Below are positions 18,437-27,661 of a stretch of 64,000 bases of DNA, piece after piece. A program made the translations under genes and the position numbers. The notes below the pieces were generated by a model. The model had not been told where the DNA came from and did no database searches. It saw nothing but the letters and a program-made list of their open reading frames with translations. The stretch is from Candidatus Dojkabacteria bacterium (GTDB taxonomy: Bacteria > Patescibacteriota > Dojkabacteria > SC72). The DNA is taken from positions 657,073 to 721,072 of the forward strand of contig JBMNHC010000001.1 in the NCBI GenBank assembly GCA_050950165.1, given 5' to 3'. Every line of letters starts with the position of its first letter. Position 1 is the first letter of the stretch.

Positions 18437-20173
18437 ATGAGAAGATTTAAACTTTTTGTATTACTGCTTACACTCTTTTTAGTTTTAGGTTCTTCTCACT
18501 CTGTCTTTGCAGATGAATCTGAAAAGATATTAGAGTTTAAGAGTGATATTGTTGTAAACAAGGATGCTACCATTGATATTGAAGAAAACATCATTTATCA
18601 ACCAGGAATCAGTGATACAAGACATGGGCTTCTGTGGCAAATACCATTTCAATATTTAGTAAAGGGATTTAAAAGACCAACGAAGGTAGATATTAAGAGT
18701 GTTGAGTATCATCCTCTCTCTGATTCAGATGATGTCATATTGAATAGATATTCTAGATCTGTAGAGAATGGTTGGTTAATGTTGAAGATAGGGGATGCTG
18801 AAAAATATATTAATGAACCTCATCAATACACTATTAAATATACATTGAAATATTCAGGTATCTCCTATTTCGATGAACATGATGAAATATATCTTAATGT
18901 CATTGGTCCAGGATGGAATATCCCTATAGAGAATCCATCTGCTACTGTTAAGTTCCCTGGCAAAGTCTTAGATACTGTCTGCTATATCGGTCCAGATGGT
19001 TCTACTGTACAAGAGGGTTGTGTATTAACTACAGATAGCGAGAGTAGTATTAGTATAGGGTTGGATAAGCGTCTTGAGCCTTTTGAGGGTTATACATTTG
19101 CTACTAAGCTTCCAAAGGGTAGTATTGAAAATACTCTAAATGAACAGTTTAAATTGGTAATACTCTCTAATATTGGAATACTTCTCCCTATTCCTCTAGG
19201 TATATACCTATTCTTTTTCTTAAGAAGAAGATACAGTAACAAGAAACTAACAGTTATACCCTACTATGAACCAGAGAAAGATATGGATGTACTAGTTAGT
19301 GGTATCTTACTAAAACAGAGATACAATCCTAAATATATAACAGCTACTTTAATAGAGTTAGCTGTTAATGGATATCTGAAGATTAGAGAGTATAAAAAGA
19401 AAAAATATGAGATAGTTAAAAGAGAGAAGGATAGTGATGATTTACCTACATATTTTAAATCTCTGTATGATGCAATTTTTGCACATGGTGATGTTGTTCC
19501 ACTAAATAAATTAACTAGCTTCTTTACTACTGCTAACAAGGTATATTTGGAAGGATTTAGTTCTCTTAAAGAGAGAGGTTTACTTTCAACAAAAAAGATA
19601 AATGTAAAACAGACATTCATTATCCTTTCATCTATTTTTACAATCCTTCCTACCTTCTTAGGAGAGATCTTCTTTATTAACGCTGCACTTGGGTGGCTTT
19701 TCGGTATTGTAATCTCTGCAATTTTGCTCGCCATATTTTCATTTACAATTGATACCCGCTCTGAAACTGGTAACAAAAAATATCACTATCTTTTAGGACT
19801 AAAGATGTATATTAATACTGCAGAGAAGAAAAGGATAGAGTTTCATAATGATCCTAAAAAGTATGTTGGTATATTTGAGAAATTACTACCTTACGCAATG
19901 ATATTCAATCTAGAGAAGAAATGGGCTAATGAATTTAAAGAGATATATACAGAGATCCCAGATTGGTATGAAGGAGACTTTACTACCTTTAATGCTTACT
20001 ACTTAGCAAACTCTTTGTCTTCATTTAACTCTTCAGTTACAAAGAGTTCTACTACCTCTTCCTATGATAGCTCTGGAGGGTATAGATCTGGTGGATGGAG
20101 TTCTGGAGGTGGAGGGTTTAGTGGTGGTAGTTCAGGAGGAGGTGGTGGTGGCTCTGGTGGTGGAGGATGGTAA
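18437..20173 (+). CDS. DUF2207-like membrane protein with a Gly/Ser-rich C-terminal tail; typical LemA partner.
   Basis: Signal peptide, large ecto-domain, multiple TM segments and the terminal stretch SGGGGFSGGSSGGGGGGSGGGGW. Positioned directly after lemA. Confidence 0.7.
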   Translation: MRRFKLFVLLLTLFLVLGSSHSVFADESEKILEFKSDIVVNKDATIDIEENIIYQPGISDTRHGLLWQIPFQYLVKGFKRPTKVDIKSVEYHPLSDSDDVILNRYSRSVENGWLMLKIGDAEKYINEPHQYTIKYTLKYSGISYFDEHDEIYLNVIGPGWNIPIENPSATVKFPGKVLDTVCYIGPDGSTVQEGCVLTTDSESSISIGLDKRLEPFEGYTFATKLPKGSIENTLNEQFKLVILSNIGILLPIPLGIYLFFFLRRRYSNKKLTVIPYYEPEKDMDVLVSGILLKQRYNPKYITATLIELAVNGYLKIREYKKKKYEIVKREKDSDDLPTYFKSLYDAIFAHGDVVPLNKLTSFFTTANKVYLEGFSSLKERGLLSTKKINVKQTFIILSSIFTILPTFLGEIFFINAALGWLFGIVISAILLAIFSFTIDTRSETGNKKYHYLLGLKMYINTAEKKRIEFHNDPKKYVGIFEKLLPYAMIFNLEKKWANEFKEIYTEIPDWYEGDFTTFNAYYLANSLSSFNSSVTKSSTTSSYDSSGGYRSGGWSSGGGGFSGGSSGGGGGGSGGGGW

Positions 20174-20191
20174 ATTGTAATATCTTAATAT

Positions 20192-20908
20192 ATGGGTATA
20201 TTAGATTTTCTTTTTGGTCCTAAGGTTAGTACTACCTCTTTTCTTGAATTAAGGAAAAAGATTGTAAATCTTAGAGCTTCTAATCTCTATCCATATCCAT
20301 ACAATCTTCCTCAGGCTGTACAGTTTCCTCCAGATTTTTGGAAAGATTTAATAAATATATACAAAAAGACATACAAAGATGGATTAGAGAGAGCTTTTTC
20401 TGTTTTTTGGGCAGATGGTGAAGTAGTATTAACTGAAGTAAATACAGGTACTGAAAAGATGGTCAAAAGTGGAGGTAGTATACAGGTTAAATATTCACAC
20501 CATCCAACTAAGAAAGAGTATGCAAGAAAAGAACTTTACTTAGATGGCAAACTATTAAAAAGAAGAGATATATATCACAAGAGTGTACCTAAGACCTTAG
20601 AAGTACAATATCTTTTTAATATTCATACTCATCCTAAACATACTAGAGAAGATGGAAGTATATATTACAACTTCTTCTCTGCTCAAGATATTAAAGCTTT
20701 ACTTTCCTCTAATGCAATTATGACTGGATTAGTTACAGACAAACTGTGGCTTCTGATTAGAACAGACAAAACCCCTAGTAGGGTAGATAGCCTTGTAGAT
20801 TCTGATGTTACACCAAAGTATTTAGAAGAAACTTTAAATATCGGATTGTACAAAGGAGAGTTTAATAAAAAGTTGTATAGATACTCCCTAGTAAAAGAAA
20901 CTAATTAG
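20192..20908 (+). CDS. Hypothetical protein with an HTHP...SAQD motif; possible JAMM/MPN-like metal site.
   Basis: NIHTHPKHTREDGSIYYNFFSAQD resembles H-x-H...S-x-x-D, but the spacing is non-canonical. Confidence 0.45.
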   Translation: MGILDFLFGPKVSTTSFLELRKKIVNLRASNLYPYPYNLPQAVQFPPDFWKDLINIYKKTYKDGLERAFSVFWADGEVVLTEVNTGTEKMVKSGGSIQVKYSHHPTKKEYARKELYLDGKLLKRRDIYHKSVPKTLEVQYLFNIHTHPKHTREDGSIYYNFFSAQDIKALLSSNAIMTGLVTDKLWLLIRTDKTPSRVDSLVDSDVTPKYLEETLNIGLYKGEFNKKLYRYSLVKETN

Positions 20909-21579
20909 TCTCTTCTTCTAATTAGTGATGCATAGTAGAGAATATTAAGCAGAGAAGCTAGTAAAGCTGCAACATATGTCGTTGCTGCTGCTAAAAGAAT
21001 ATCTCTAGCTCTTCCCATTCTACTTTTATCTATCAGGTTATACTTCTTTATAAATCTCATTGCTCTCTTACTAGCATCTATCTCTATTGGTATGGTAATT
21101 AAGGCAAATACTGTAGTAAGAGCAAAGAGCATTAACCCTATCTCTGCTAAATTAAGCATATTTAATATTAGCCCTACAATTATTAATATATATCCTAATC
21201 TAGACCCAATATTTACAATTGGAACTAAGCCTAATCTCATATTAAAAAAAAGAGAGTTTGAAAATTTCTGCTCTACATGACCGAACTCATGAGCAACAAC
21301 AGCTACAGAAGCTACAGAGTCCTCTTTTGAAAGTGAAGATATATGAACAAGATCTTTGGTTGGATCAAAGTGATCAGTAAGAGCAGCTCCCCCTACTTCT
21401 ACATCTACACTAAATGATTCACCATCTTTAATTATCTGTGCAACCTCTACACCTGTAATATTTTTACCTGTAGGAATGGATCTATTCCTGTTAAATGAAG
21501 TAGTAATCCATAACTGAGCAATTAGAGCAAGTAAAATTCCAGGAATTATATAAATGTAATATATTGGATCAAAATACAT
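20905..21579 (-). CDS. YugP-like putative neutral zinc metallopeptidase (membrane).
   Basis: HEFGH zinc motif (VAVVAHEFGHVEQ) plus the conserved N-terminal block ...AQLWITTSF...TDHFDPTKD. Confidence 0.7.
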   Translation of the reverse strand: MYFDPIYYIYIIPGILLALIAQLWITTSFNRNRSIPTGKNITGVEVAQIIKDGESFSVDVEVGGAALTDHFDPTKDLVHISSLSKEDSVASVAVVAHEFGHVEQKFSNSLFFNMRLGLVPIVNIGSRLGYILIIVGLILNMLNLAEIGLMLFALTTVFALITIPIEIDASKRAMRFIKKYNLIDKSRMGRARDILLAAATTYVAALLASLLNILYYASLIRRRD

Positions 21580-21683
21580 TGATAGAAAGTACTAAATTGT
21601 TTGGTAATTAAGTGTATCACAAAATTTGAAATTAGAAGAAGTAAAGATTAATATTAAATGTATAACTTTGTACAATTAAATAT

Positions 21684-22526
21684 ATGAAGTTTAAAAAAGG
21701 AAAGAAGTATCTATGTATGTTAGCTCCTTCATTTGTTTCAGTATATGAATACCCAGATATTGTGTACAGATTAAGGGCATTAGGATTTGATAAAGTAGTA
21801 GAAGTAACATTTGGTGCTAAAATGACTAATCTCTCTTACTACCAAATATTAAAAGAGAAAAATGATAGAACCTGGATCTCTTCTCCTTGCCCTACCCTTG
21901 TCAATGTAATTAGAGCTAAATATCCTCATCTGCTTCCTAATCTAGTTCCTGTTCACTCCCCTATGGGTAGTATGGGCTTAATATGCAGAAAGTTTTTCCC
22001 AGGATATGTAAACATATTTGTAGGTCCCTGCTTAACTAAAAAGATAGAGGCTAAGGAGTTGGATAGTATAGATGAGGTATTAACATTTAAAGAGTTAGAT
22101 GACCTCTTTATCAAACACAATATTCCTGAAAAAATAGAGGACTCTAAGTATTGTGCTACTTTCGATAAGTTCTACAACGACTACACCAAGATATATCCTC
22201 TCTCAGGAGGTCTCTCTGATACACTTGCATATCACCATATCTTAAAAAAGAAGGATATACTGGTTATGGAAGGTATGGATAACATCATTAAAATCTTAGA
22301 TGGATTTAAAGATGGATATTACAAGAATTATAAATTTTTAGATATCCTTACCTGTAAGGGTGGTTGTATCAATGGTCCTAGTATTAACTATCGACACTCT
22401 ATTAACGAGAGAATTAAGCGAGTTAGAAAGTATAGAAACTTTGCAGCTAGGTATGAGAAAGACTTAGGCAAGAGTGGTAAAAAAGCAGATGCAGAAGGTA
22501 TAGATTTTGGAAGAGAATTTGTGTAA
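21684..22526 (+). CDS. [FeFe]-hydrogenase large-subunit H-cluster domain-like protein. It is domain-only and lacks the proton-relay Cys.
   Basis: Three H-cluster motifs in order: SSPCP (cf. TSCCP), VGPCLTKKIEAKE (cf. MPCxxKxxE) and TCKGGCINGPS (cf. ACxGGCxxGGGQ). The N-terminus LAPSFVSV...ALGFDKVVEVTFGA matches the start of the H-domain. Confidence 0.6.
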   Translation: MKFKKGKKYLCMLAPSFVSVYEYPDIVYRLRALGFDKVVEVTFGAKMTNLSYYQILKEKNDRTWISSPCPTLVNVIRAKYPHLLPNLVPVHSPMGSMGLICRKFFPGYVNIFVGPCLTKKIEAKELDSIDEVLTFKELDDLFIKHNIPEKIEDSKYCATFDKFYNDYTKIYPLSGGLSDTLAYHHILKKKDILVMEGMDNIIKILDGFKDGYYKNYKFLDILTCKGGCINGPSINYRHSINERIKRVRKYRNFAARYEKDLGKSGKKADAEGIDFGREFV

Positions 22527-22551
22527 GCTAGTTCTGTTTTAAATTAATATT

Positions 22552-23001
22552 TTGTTGTACATGAATGATTTTATGAAAGTAGCACTTGATGAAGCTAGAA
22601 AAGGAATGAAAAGAGGACACGGTGGTCCATTTGGTGCAGTTATTGTTAAAGATGGAAAGATAATTGCAAAAGGCCATAGCAGAGTATTAAAAGAAAAGGA
22701 TGCTACATCTCATGCTGAAATTAATGTGATAAGGAAGGCTAATAAGAAACTTAAATCATATGACCTTTCTTCCTGTGAGATATATACTACTGGCCAACCA
22801 TGCAAAATGTGTGAAGCAGCTATTAACTGGGCAAAAATTAAAAAAGTATACTTTGGAAATACATATAGAGATGCACTAAATATGGGATTTAATGACCAAA
22901 CAGGTAATAATGATAAAGTAAAATATACTAGATTAGATAGTACAGAGACAGTAAAATTAGTTGAGGAGTGGAATTCATTGCATAAGAAGAAGCTTTATTA
23001 A
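22552..23001 (+). CDS. CDA-fold zinc deaminase, closest in pattern to guanine deaminase GuaD / TadA-like enzymes.
   Basis: GGPFGAVIVKDG, HAE zinc/catalytic motif and PCKMCEAAI. Confidence 0.75.
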   Translation: MLYMNDFMKVALDEARKGMKRGHGGPFGAVIVKDGKIIAKGHSRVLKEKDATSHAEINVIRKANKKLKSYDLSSCEIYTTGQPCKMCEAAINWAKIKKVYFGNTYRDALNMGFNDQTGNNDKVKYTRLDSTETVKLVEEWNSLHKKKLY

Positions 23002-23062
23002 CCATATTGACTTTTTCTTCTCTGACCTATAATCTATCTAATAACCTCAAAATATTAGTTAT

Positions 23063-24694
23063 ATGTCTAAATACATTTTTGTATCTGGAGGAGTAATTTC
23101 TGGAATCGGTAAAGGAATTTCTGCAGCTTCCATTGGTGTTTTGCTTAAATCATATGGGTATAAGATTACCATGTTAAAAGCAGATCCATATCTAAATGTA
23201 GATGCTGGTACTATGAACCCTTCTGAACATGGTGAAACTTTTGTATTAGAAGATGGTTTTGAAACAGATATGGATATCGGTAGTTATGAAAGGTTTGTTA
23301 ATGAATCTTTCTCTCGTCCCAACTCTATGACATGTGGTGCGGTACTTGAGAAAGTAATTAAGGATGAGAGATCTTTAGCATATGATGGTAAATGGGTTAG
23401 TCTTGATTACCATGTTCCAAATGAAGCTATCTCATGGATTAAGAGTGTTGCTAAAAGCAGTAAAGCAGAAATTACCATTGTAGAGATAGGGGGTACAGTA
23501 GGAGAGATTGCTAATGGACTGTTTTTGGAAGTGAATAAGATTATGAAAATTGAAGCTCCTAATGATGTTATACATGTTCATCTCTCATATCTTCCAGTAC
23601 CAAATACTTTAGGAGAAATGAAAAGTAAGCCTGTTCAAGTTTCAACACAACTTCTTAATACACACGGAATACATCCAGATTTTCTAATAGCAAGATCAGA
23701 GTATGAATTAGATCGCATTAGAATAGAAAAACTTTCTAGATACTGCTATGTTCCTGTTAACCATATTGTCTCTGCAGTTGATACAGATTGTATATATGAT
23801 GTTCCCGTTAACTTTAAGAGAGCAAATTTAGGAATAAATATTCTTAAGAAACTTAATCTAAAGCCTAAGAAAACATCTATTATAGATAAATGGGTTAAGA
23901 AAACAGAGAGGATGAAAAAGATTAAAAAAGAGATAAATATAGGGATAATTGGAAGAAGTCCTAAAAGTGGTAAATTTGATTTAAAAGACTCGTATGTTTC
24001 TGTTTTAGAAGCTATTAATCATGCTAGCTGGGAGAAGATGTCCAAACCAAATATTCACTGGATTGAAGCAGAAGGGTTTAGATCGAAAGAGAAATTAAGA
24101 GAAAAACTTTTAGAGATGGATGCTATAGTAGTTCTCCAAGGCATTGGAAAAGAAGATATGGAAGGTAAGATAAGAGCAGTAGAGATTGCAAGAGAGAGTA
24201 AACTCCCTTTCTTAGGTCTTGGATACGGTTTTCAAATTGCAGTAGTAGAATATGCTAGAAATGTATGTAAGATAAAAGATGCTACTACACAAGAGATAGA
24301 CAGTAAGGGAAGTTTAATAATGTATAGAAGAGATACTACAGATGGGAGAAGGTTAGGGAGTTATCCTTGTAAAGTAAAGAGTGGGTCTGTTTTAGAATCT
24401 CTGTATAAAAAGTATAAGAGTTCTCTTTTTAATACCCAGCCTACAGTATTAGAAAGGCACAGAAACAGTTATGAGTTTAATAATGAATATAAAAATATTT
24501 TGGAAGATAAGGGCTTGATATTCTCCTCTATAAGTACAGATAGAAAGTTAGTAGAGGCTGTAGAGATTCCTAAAGAGAAACACCCTTTCTTTATTGCTAC
24601 TCTCTATCATCCTGAGCTTAAAACTAGATTTATTCTACCTCATCCAATATTTATGGGTTTTATAGAGGCAGCCATTAAGAGATCTAAGAGATAA
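23063..24694 (+). CDS. pyrG: CTP synthase. The glutamine amidotransferase nucleophile Cys is substituted.
   Basis: Canonical N-terminus MSKYIFVSGGVISGIGKGI and synthetase domain. The GATase motif reads GLGYGFQ instead of G-x-C-x-G-x-Q; the His/Glu pair (YHPEL) is retained. Confidence 0.9.
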   Translation: MSKYIFVSGGVISGIGKGISAASIGVLLKSYGYKITMLKADPYLNVDAGTMNPSEHGETFVLEDGFETDMDIGSYERFVNESFSRPNSMTCGAVLEKVIKDERSLAYDGKWVSLDYHVPNEAISWIKSVAKSSKAEITIVEIGGTVGEIANGLFLEVNKIMKIEAPNDVIHVHLSYLPVPNTLGEMKSKPVQVSTQLLNTHGIHPDFLIARSEYELDRIRIEKLSRYCYVPVNHIVSAVDTDCIYDVPVNFKRANLGINILKKLNLKPKKTSIIDKWVKKTERMKKIKKEINIGIIGRSPKSGKFDLKDSYVSVLEAINHASWEKMSKPNIHWIEAEGFRSKEKLREKLLEMDAIVVLQGIGKEDMEGKIRAVEIARESKLPFLGLGYGFQIAVVEYARNVCKIKDATTQEIDSKGSLIMYRRDTTDGRRLGSYPCKVKSGSVLESLYKKYKSSLFNTQPTVLERHRNSYEFNNEYKNILEDKGLIFSSISTDRKLVEAVEIPKEKHPFFIATLYHPELKTRFILPHPIFMGFIEAAIKRSKR

Positions 24695-24697
24695 ATA

Positions 24698-26806
24698 CTA
24701 CTTTTTAATATACGCTTTTATATCAACAACAACTGCTCTACTCTCAGTTATCATTACTGGGTTCATATCTAGTGTAAATATCTCTGGATATGTGGTTAAC
24801 ATTTTTTGTACCTTCTCAATACACTCTATTAGAGCTTCTCTGGCTAGTGCTGGTTTACCTCTGTATCCTGCTATCAGTTTCGATATTTTAGTTTTATCCA
24901 ATATCCTACCTATATTTTCTATACTCTCTGGTAGTAAAAATTTCTCAATATCACTATGTATCTCTGTATATATACCCCCTTGCCCTATTGCAATGAGATG
25001 CCCAAATCCCTCTCCTGTCTCTTCATATACCTGACTATCTCCGTCTCTGTTAGTTCCAATAAAGAATTCTGCTTTTGAGTCTATCATCTCCTGTATTAAT
25101 ATATTAGGAGAGGTAGTTCTTGTAATCTTTGATATATTTCCAACTAATTCTTCAAATTTAGCCTGAAATTCAGATACAGTTCTAATATCTAAGAAAAGGG
25201 CTTTGTAATCTGTTTTATGTGCTAAATCCTTAGATGTTGCTTTTATAGCAACAGGGAAGTTTTTAGTAGCAAACTCGACTGCTTCCTCATAGTTAGCAGT
25301 AATTAATTGATTAGGCATATCAAGATGAAACTCTTTAGATATCTTCTCTACAATATCATCTGGTAGTACCTGTAGCTCATCTGTTAATAACTCCTCTATC
25401 TCTTTTCCATATTTTCTTCTCTTCTTTAATTCAGAGATATCTCTTAATACAAAACTTTTTCTCTTACTTTGGTACTCTGTAAGTTTTGAGATTAGTTTAA
25501 CAGTATCCTCAATATTGTTAGAGAAATACAAACCGTATGCTCTTAGTATCTTGTTACCATCTTCTATCTCTTTTCCTCCTAAAAAGCACGCAAATATAGG
25601 CTTAGAACTTTGATTCTGTAAATCTACAATTACTTTTGCTACACCAGTAATATCTGAAACAAGCTGTGGTGTTAAGATTAGAAGTAAAGTGTCTACATTC
25701 GTGTCATCTAGAAGTATTTTCATCGCCATCTCATATCTATCAAGAAGAGCATCTCCTAGTATATCGATAGGGTTTTTTACACTGGCAAAGGGAGGTAAAT
25801 TTTTAAGAAGTTTCTCCTTACTCTTCTCCCCTATTTCGGCAACTTCTAGATTAAAAGCTTCTACAAAATCTACAGCCATTATTCCTGGACCACCTGCATT
25901 AGTAAGTATTGCTACTTTTTTACCTTTAGGTAATTTTTTTTTAGAGAGAACTTTTAGAGTATCAAACATCTCTTCTGAGCTCTCTACTTTTATTAAATTG
26001 GCTTTCCTGATTGCAGCTAAAGTAGTATCGTAGGATGAGGTAAGAGACCCAGTATGTGAAATTATTGCTTCAGAGGCCCTCTGAGAGCTTCCTGGAGCTA
26101 TTATTACAATCGGTTTATCTACCTTACTAACAATCTCAATGAAGTCTTTTCCATCACTAAACTCTTCTAAGTAAAGAGCAATGGAATCTGTATTTTTATC
26201 TCTCTGTAGATACTCTATTAATTCATTTTCGATGATATCAGCCTTATTTCCAATGGATATTACTTTTGAGAAACCTACATTGTCCTTAGATGCCATATCT
26301 AAAATAGCTGTAATGAAAGCTCCCGACTGAGAGATGAATGCAGTAGTACCATCACCAGGATTAGATCTTGCAAATGAGAGATTAATATTTTCACTATTGT
26401 TTATAAATCCAAGAGTATTCGGTCCTATTAATCTAATACCTGCACTCTTTAGTTTCTTTGCAATATCTTCCTCTAACTCTTTACCCTCTTGACCTGTCTC
26501 TTTAAATCCTGCAGATATGATTATTACACTACCTACTTTCTTTTCAATACACTCATCTATTACTGAACTAACAAACTGAGAAGGTATTACAATACATACC
26601 ATATCTATACTATCTTTAATATCTAGTACTGACTTAAAACACTCCTTACCTTCTATATCACTATACTTAGGATTAACAGGATATATTTTACCTGTATATC
26701 CTCCTTCCATTAGGTTATGAAATATTACAGAACCTATTTTCTCTTTCTCTTTAGATACACCTACTATGGCTATACTCTTTGGTGAAAACAGATTATCTCT
26801 TATCAT
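24698..26806 (-). CDS. acd: Acetyl-CoA synthetase (ADP-forming), fused alpha/beta (acetate--CoA ligase, NDP-forming).
   Basis: N-terminal CoA-binding domain (KSIAIVGVSKEKEKIG...YPVNPKY), succinyl-CoA-synthetase-like fold and a C-terminal ATP-grasp. Confidence 0.85.
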   Translation of the reverse strand: MIRDNLFSPKSIAIVGVSKEKEKIGSVIFHNLMEGGYTGKIYPVNPKYSDIEGKECFKSVLDIKDSIDMVCIVIPSQFVSSVIDECIEKKVGSVIIISAGFKETGQEGKELEEDIAKKLKSAGIRLIGPNTLGFINNSENINLSFARSNPGDGTTAFISQSGAFITAILDMASKDNVGFSKVISIGNKADIIENELIEYLQRDKNTDSIALYLEEFSDGKDFIEIVSKVDKPIVIIAPGSSQRASEAIISHTGSLTSSYDTTLAAIRKANLIKVESSEEMFDTLKVLSKKKLPKGKKVAILTNAGGPGIMAVDFVEAFNLEVAEIGEKSKEKLLKNLPPFASVKNPIDILGDALLDRYEMAMKILLDDTNVDTLLLILTPQLVSDITGVAKVIVDLQNQSSKPIFACFLGGKEIEDGNKILRAYGLYFSNNIEDTVKLISKLTEYQSKRKSFVLRDISELKKRRKYGKEIEELLTDELQVLPDDIVEKISKEFHLDMPNQLITANYEEAVEFATKNFPVAIKATSKDLAHKTDYKALFLDIRTVSEFQAKFEELVGNISKITRTTSPNILIQEMIDSKAEFFIGTNRDGDSQVYEETGEGFGHLIAIGQGGIYTEIHSDIEKFLLPESIENIGRILDKTKISKLIAGYRGKPALAREALIECIEKVQKMLTTYPEIFTLDMNPVMITESRAVVVDIKAYIKK

Positions 26807-26808
26807 TG

Positions 26809-27660
26809 CTATTGAAATCTAGATAAAATATTTTTAATATCGTAATTCTTAACCTCATCAACTAGTTCTGTTTTTTTCTTCTTCCTATTCTCCAAACTAT
26901 TCAGAAAGTCTGGTCTATTCCTGTTCTGGTATATAACGCCGGTATATATCTTCTCTGTGTCTTTAACAACTGCTACAGCCTCACTAATGGTTTGTTTAGC
27001 GGTAGTATGTGCAATTCTACTACTAAACCACTCAGAATTTGCTTCTTTATTAAATGTTGGACATATCTGCATAATCTCTACTACACTTAAACCTTTATGT
27101 ACTATCGCCTCCTTCATTATCTCAGTTAACTGTTTAGGATCTCCACTGTATCCTCTTGCAAAGAATGTAGGGTTAAGGCTTAATACTAGCTCTCCAATAT
27201 TAATACTTCCTTCTGGTTTACCATCAGGAAAAGCATATATCGGTTTCTTCTCTCTTGTAGTTGCTGTAGCTTGTCCAGTAGTTAATGCAAAATTTTGATT
27301 ATTATGTATTAAAACCATAATATCATAGTTAGATCTAATTGCATGAATTAGATGATCTATTCCCTCATGTAAAACTCCCCCATCTCCAATATCTGCAACT
27401 ACCTTCATTTTACTGTTTGCTAAGTATGCACCTGATGCTAAAGCAATGGACCTTCCATGAAGACCTTTAATTCTAAATCCTTCAATATCATCAGCACCGT
27501 TACCGTTACAACCGATATCAAAGACTAAAACAACTTCGCTAGGAGATAGGTTAAGGTCCACAAATGCCTGTTTGAGAGAGTGATGAATAGCGAAATTACC
27601 ACATCCAGGACACCATGTATTTTTCTCTTTTGTATTAAAATCTTCTACCTTAACTTTCAT
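26809..27660 (-). CDS. korB: 2-oxoacid:ferredoxin oxidoreductase, beta (TPP-binding) subunit.
   Basis: CPGCGNFAI, GCNG and the TPP-binding GDG region. Two nt downstream of the alpha-subunit gene. Confidence 0.85.
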   Translation of the reverse strand: MKVKVEDFNTKEKNTWCPGCGNFAIHHSLKQAFVDLNLSPSEVVLVFDIGCNGNGADDIEGFRIKGLHGRSIALASGAYLANSKMKVVADIGDGGVLHEGIDHLIHAIRSNYDIMVLIHNNQNFALTTGQATATTREKKPIYAFPDGKPEGSINIGELVLSLNPTFFARGYSGDPKQLTEIMKEAIVHKGLSVVEIMQICPTFNKEANSEWFSSRIAHTTAKQTISEAVAVVKDTEKIYTGVIYQNRNRPDFLNSLENRKKKKTELVDEVKNYDIKNILSRFQ

Positions 27661-27661
27661 C

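Noticed and set aside
20040-20173. GGT/GGA-rich low-complexity DNA at the end of the DUF2207 gene, considered as a possible repeat array or CRISPR-like element.
   Set aside because: It is in-frame coding sequence for a Gly/Ser-rich tail. There is no spacer/repeat periodicity.
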